A stretch of 64,000 nucleotides of DNA, taken from positions 5,518,001-5,582,000 of the forward strand of contig CP089275.1 of the NCBI GenBank assembly GCA_023920165.1, read 5' to 3'. This DNA is from Curvularia clavata (taxonomy: Eukaryota). This document shows positions 60,952 to 64,000 of the stretch, piece after piece. The translations under genes were made by a program, and so were the position numbers. How positions within the stretch are numbered: the first letter of the stretch is position 1; each line of letters begins with the position of its first letter. The notes beneath the pieces were generated by a model, which did no database searches, had not been told where the DNA came from, and worked only from the letters and a program-made list of their open reading frames with translations.

Positions 60952-61033
60952 TGATGAGAGTGGGATTCGAACCCACGCAGATTTCTCTACTAGCACCTGA
61001 AGCTAGCGCCTTAGACCGCTCGGCCATCTCACC
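60952..61033 (-). tRNA. tRNA-Leu(CAG): tRNA-Leu (anticodon CAG), intronless, 82 nt
   Basis: GGTGAGA-TGGCCGAGCGGTCTAAGGCG-CTAGC-TTCAGGT-GCTAG-TAGAGAAATCTGC-GTGGG-TTCGAAT-CCCAC-TCTCATC-A. Cloverleaf with long variable arm, A/B boxes and a T-run terminator a few nt downstream. Confidence 0.97.
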
Positions 61034-61738
61034 GAATTGATGATTGATGGAGGGTTGGAAATTTGCAATGATTCTGTACTGCTAGATGGCGACGGGACGA
61101 TGACATTGTGGTCAGAAACGAAGAAGAGTGACTGTGGATTTGTTCCGAGCAGTCCACTGGGTCATACCGATTCGGTGTTCGAAAGTGGGGGTGATTATAC
61201 TTGCAGGCAGAGATTTTCTGGCCAGACCCATTTTCGAGAGGACCGTGAACCAGACATCAAGAAATCGCAAAAATGTGCACGCGTGATCGATTGCACATTC
61301 AGATTGGGGGTTTCGATGGAGATGAAGTAAAAGTGCGTGCAGTGGCAGGGACGTGAGTGTAAATAATCTGGGAAGCGAAGGTTAGGATGGACCAATCCAG
61401 TCGCTTGCCTAGCAATGCCTGCTTTCAGTCTGGGTACGCTGCTACAGAGAACTCACTGCAGTTTGTTAAATAGAGGAGAATGAGTAAGACTCCAGTTTAG
61501 TTTTGCTTCTCAAGGTGTGCAGTGAGATGGGTGAACTTAACGGGCAGTCGTGACTGAGGCAAGTTTTGCCGACTACCCGTACAACGCCGCGGTTTGGTTG
61601 AATGCGTCAATATGGCATCTGAGCCCGATTCTCATCGTCTTCAAGTCTTCAATAGTTTACGATTCTGGGGCAGGTACCCAAATTCAACATCACAGTGCCG
61701 GTCACATCGGGGTTTCAATCGGTCACAAGCACAGGGAC

Positions 61739-61785
61739 CTAATCTAGTCAGTTGGTGCTCAACAAGACATAGGGTATGCACTCAC
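61739..61785 (-). other. Predicted spliceosomal intron in the Y14 3' UTR
   Basis: Minus strand GTGAGT...CAACTGACTAGATTAG: consensus donor, CTGAC branch site, TAG acceptor, 47 nt. Confidence 0.75.
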
Positions 61786-61980
61786 AATAGTCTTGTCAAT
61801 CCCCGGCCCACCCCAGAGGCAGACCGGTAAGCTCGTATTGCAGCGCCTGGTATAAGCATCCTGGTAGCCTGTACTGCAGAGCATCTTGCATAATAACGCA
61901 TCCAATCCCAAGTCGCTGTACACACGCGCCATGTCCTCAAAGCGCGGATCCAGTACACAAAGCAGCAGCCAAGCAATGGG

Positions 61981-62501
61981 CTACTCATCGTCCATGTCGT
62001 CGCGACCAGGACTCCTGCTCCTTGCCCTCGCAGCACCACGGCCACTCTGTCTCCTGTCATGGTCGCGCGCCCGGCCCTTGCTGGCTGGTGGTGGTCGTAC
62101 AAAGGCGAAGTCGACGGTAATCTTTTGTTCAAGCAGCTCCTCGCCATTAGCACCCTTTATGGCTGCTTTGGCCTCGTCCAGCGTAGCGTATTCGATGAGA
62201 GCGTAGCCCTGCCCATTATTAGCCCCGTTTCCGCGCTGTTTCCATACTCTTAGGCGCGTACCTTGACATAACCCGTCCGCCTGTCCAAGTTCATGTGCAG
62301 GTTCTTAACAGTGCCAAACTCGCCAAACATATCCTGAAGATCCTCCTCGGTCGCCTCCTCATGCACGTTGGTGACAATGATGATCCAGCCTTCGATGGAG
62401 CGTACAGCGGTTGCGCCTGCTGCCGTCTGCGCGTCACTGGCCTTGGGGTCGGCGGCCGGCTGCTCGGGCTGGTCAATGTCCATCTTGGCGTCTTCCTCCA
62501 T
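61981..62501 (-). CDS. RBM8A: Exon junction complex RRM protein Y14/RBM8A
   Basis: [52 protein letters not shown] and an RSRSP tail. Intron 62209-62261; stop TAG at 61981-61983. Confidence 0.97.
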
Positions 62502-62530
62502 GGCTGTGGGTTGTTTTGAGTCAAGGCTGG

Positions 62531-62557
62531 GTTGTTGTTGTTGTTGTTGTTGTTGTT
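62531..62557. repeat. (GTT)9 microsatellite, read as (AAC)9 in the Y14 5' leader
   Basis: Read directly from the sequence. Confidence 0.95.
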
Positions 62558-63059
62558 GCTGCAGATTAGGTCAGGCAGTGCTGAAGCTTTGGCTATCGCC
62601 AAAAGCTGCCCTGGACGAGGCAGTTCGCGCTAGTGGGAAGGGCGCCACGCGCGAGCTGCTTACCCTGCTCGACGCCCGCTATTATCACTCGCAACCTCCA
62701 ATCCGCGTAGACGGTAAGGAGCCGGTCTCTCAACGTCAGCAGCCTGCATGCAAGTACAATGGCTGCCTCATCGGTCTCTCACGGCAATGCCGGAGCACCT
62801 ATAAAAAGAGGGCCGCCCGTCATCCACCTTACTCGAGCTACTACCCCCGCCGACGTCACTGTTGTCGTTACATGACAAAAGATTTGACACACCCAACTCT
62901 CACCATGCTTCAGTTTCTTGACCAATACGTACATTATCAGGACCCTACTCTTCCTAATTTTTCCTCTCTCACAAGTCTGTACTTTGTTATACTTGCATTT
63001 TCACTACTCATCTCTCTGCGTTCATCCCAACTTGAAGAGAAGAAAGCACAATAATCACC

Positions 63060-64000
63060 ATGTCTCGGTTCACAAGTGTATGTGCATGCATCAGCGTTGA
63101 ACCTGCTCTGGCTGACTCCAAAAGATTGCCATGATCGGGTGCGGAAGCATGGGCGGTGGCATGGCCCTGCTCTTCGCTGAGATTGGTGTCCATGTCTCGC
63201 TCTCAGACCCTTCGGAGGAGGCAATGGATGCTGTCGTGCAGAAGGCTGAAAAGCAGGGTTACCACGGAAAGGTAGACAAGTATACAGGTATATCAACTAT
63301 GGACTCTACCACGACGCAATGTTAACAATCCACAGACTACGACTCGCTCTGCAAGTCGCTGTCATCACCACGCCTGCTTGTGTTCTCTCTTCCACACGGT
63401 GGTGTTGGTGATAAGGTCCTCGAAGGCCTAGAGCCCCACCTCTCTCGTGGTGATATCATTCTAGACTGCGGGAACGAGCACTTTGAGAACACTGAGCGCA
63501 GGCAGGAGAAATGCAAGGGCACTGGCATTCGCTACATCGGTTGCGGTGTAAGCGGTGGATATCAAGCCGCAAGGGCCGGTCCCTCCATGTGCCCCGGTGG
63601 CGATATCTCTGCGCTCAAAGAAGTTCTTCCCCTCCTCCAAAAGGTCGCAGCCAAGGACAAGAACGAACAGCCATGTGTTGGTGTCATTGGTAAAGGCGGT
63701 GCCGGACACTACGTCAAGATGATGCACAACGGTATCGAGCACGGTATGATGAGCGCCATCTCTGAAGCTTGGGGCATTATGCGAAAGATGGGCATGGGTT
63801 ATGAGGAGATTGGCGACGTCTTTGCGCAGTGGAACTCAGAAGGCGAACTGGTACGTGGAGACTTGGTTTCTCTTTGGTGCGCGCTAACGATATGGATAGA
63901 GAGGCACCTTTCTCATTTCAATTGGTGCAGACCTGTCGCACAAACGTGACGCGGGTGACCTTGTCATCTCTCAAGTTCTCGACAAGGTCGTCCAAGACGT
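63060..64000 (+). CDS. 6-phosphogluconate dehydrogenase (decarboxylating) family, 3' end outside window
   Basis: 18-nt first exon MSRFTS spliced to IAMIGCGSMGGGMALLF. Also GDIILDCGNE, GCGVSGGYQAARAGPSMCPGG and GAGHYVKMMHNGIEHGMMS. It is divergent from canonical Gnd1 and probably a second paralog. Confidence 0.93.

Noticed and set aside
60578..61027. 149-aa ORF MAERSKALASGAS...
   Set aside because: It is a translation of the tRNA-Leu gene and its flank.
60952..61033. tRNA with CAG anticodon as a sign of CUG codon reassignment
   Set aside because: It has U33, an A73 discriminator and a Leu-type D-loop. CTG codons translate sensibly as Leu in conserved motifs, so the code is standard.
62368..63054. 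228-aa ORF with a poly-Cys tract
   Set aside because: The poly-Cys comes from the (GTT)9 microsatellite, and the ORF is antisense to Y14 and crosses the divergent promoter.
1..64000. Secondary-metabolite cluster or Starship/large mobile element
   Set aside because: I found no PKS, NRPS, terpene synthase, tyrosine-recombinase captain, transposase or terminal repeats. Much of the window is conserved housekeeping genes.

Overview
Eukaryotic, intron-containing DNA from a filamentous ascomycete (GT..AG introns of about 45-65 nt with CTRAC branch sites; a Dothideomycete/Pleosporales origin is only my impression). I reconstructed about 25 protein-coding genes by splicing the ORF fragments by hand, plus one tRNA-Leu(CAG). 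Recognisable genes: a beta-helix protein (5'-truncated), a fused hydantoinase/oxoprolinase, DJ-1/Hsp31, an aldo-keto reductase, a Myb-like regulator, an ERD2-like receptor, fungalysin (M36), an EDEM/MNL1-type GH47, TIM50, three F-box-like proteins, an MFS permease, a Zn2Cys6 TF, an aldehyde dehydrogenase, a UCH deubiquitinase, ZNF207/BuGZ, PEX2, KAP120, GH76, Y14/RBM8A and a 6-phosphogluconate dehydrogenase (3'-truncated). The two best observations are absent from the ORF track. One is a 3-exon gene for a 101-aa, 6-Cys secreted effector-like or antimicrobial-like protein at 7541-7956. The other is a predicted 3'-UTR intron 195 nt downstream of the Y14 stop codon, consistent with EJC/NMD autoregulation. 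I saw no intact transposon, CRISPR array or secondary-metabolite core gene, and I cannot demonstrate a wholly new multi-gene system from sequence alone. All family assignments are from motif recognition, not database searches.
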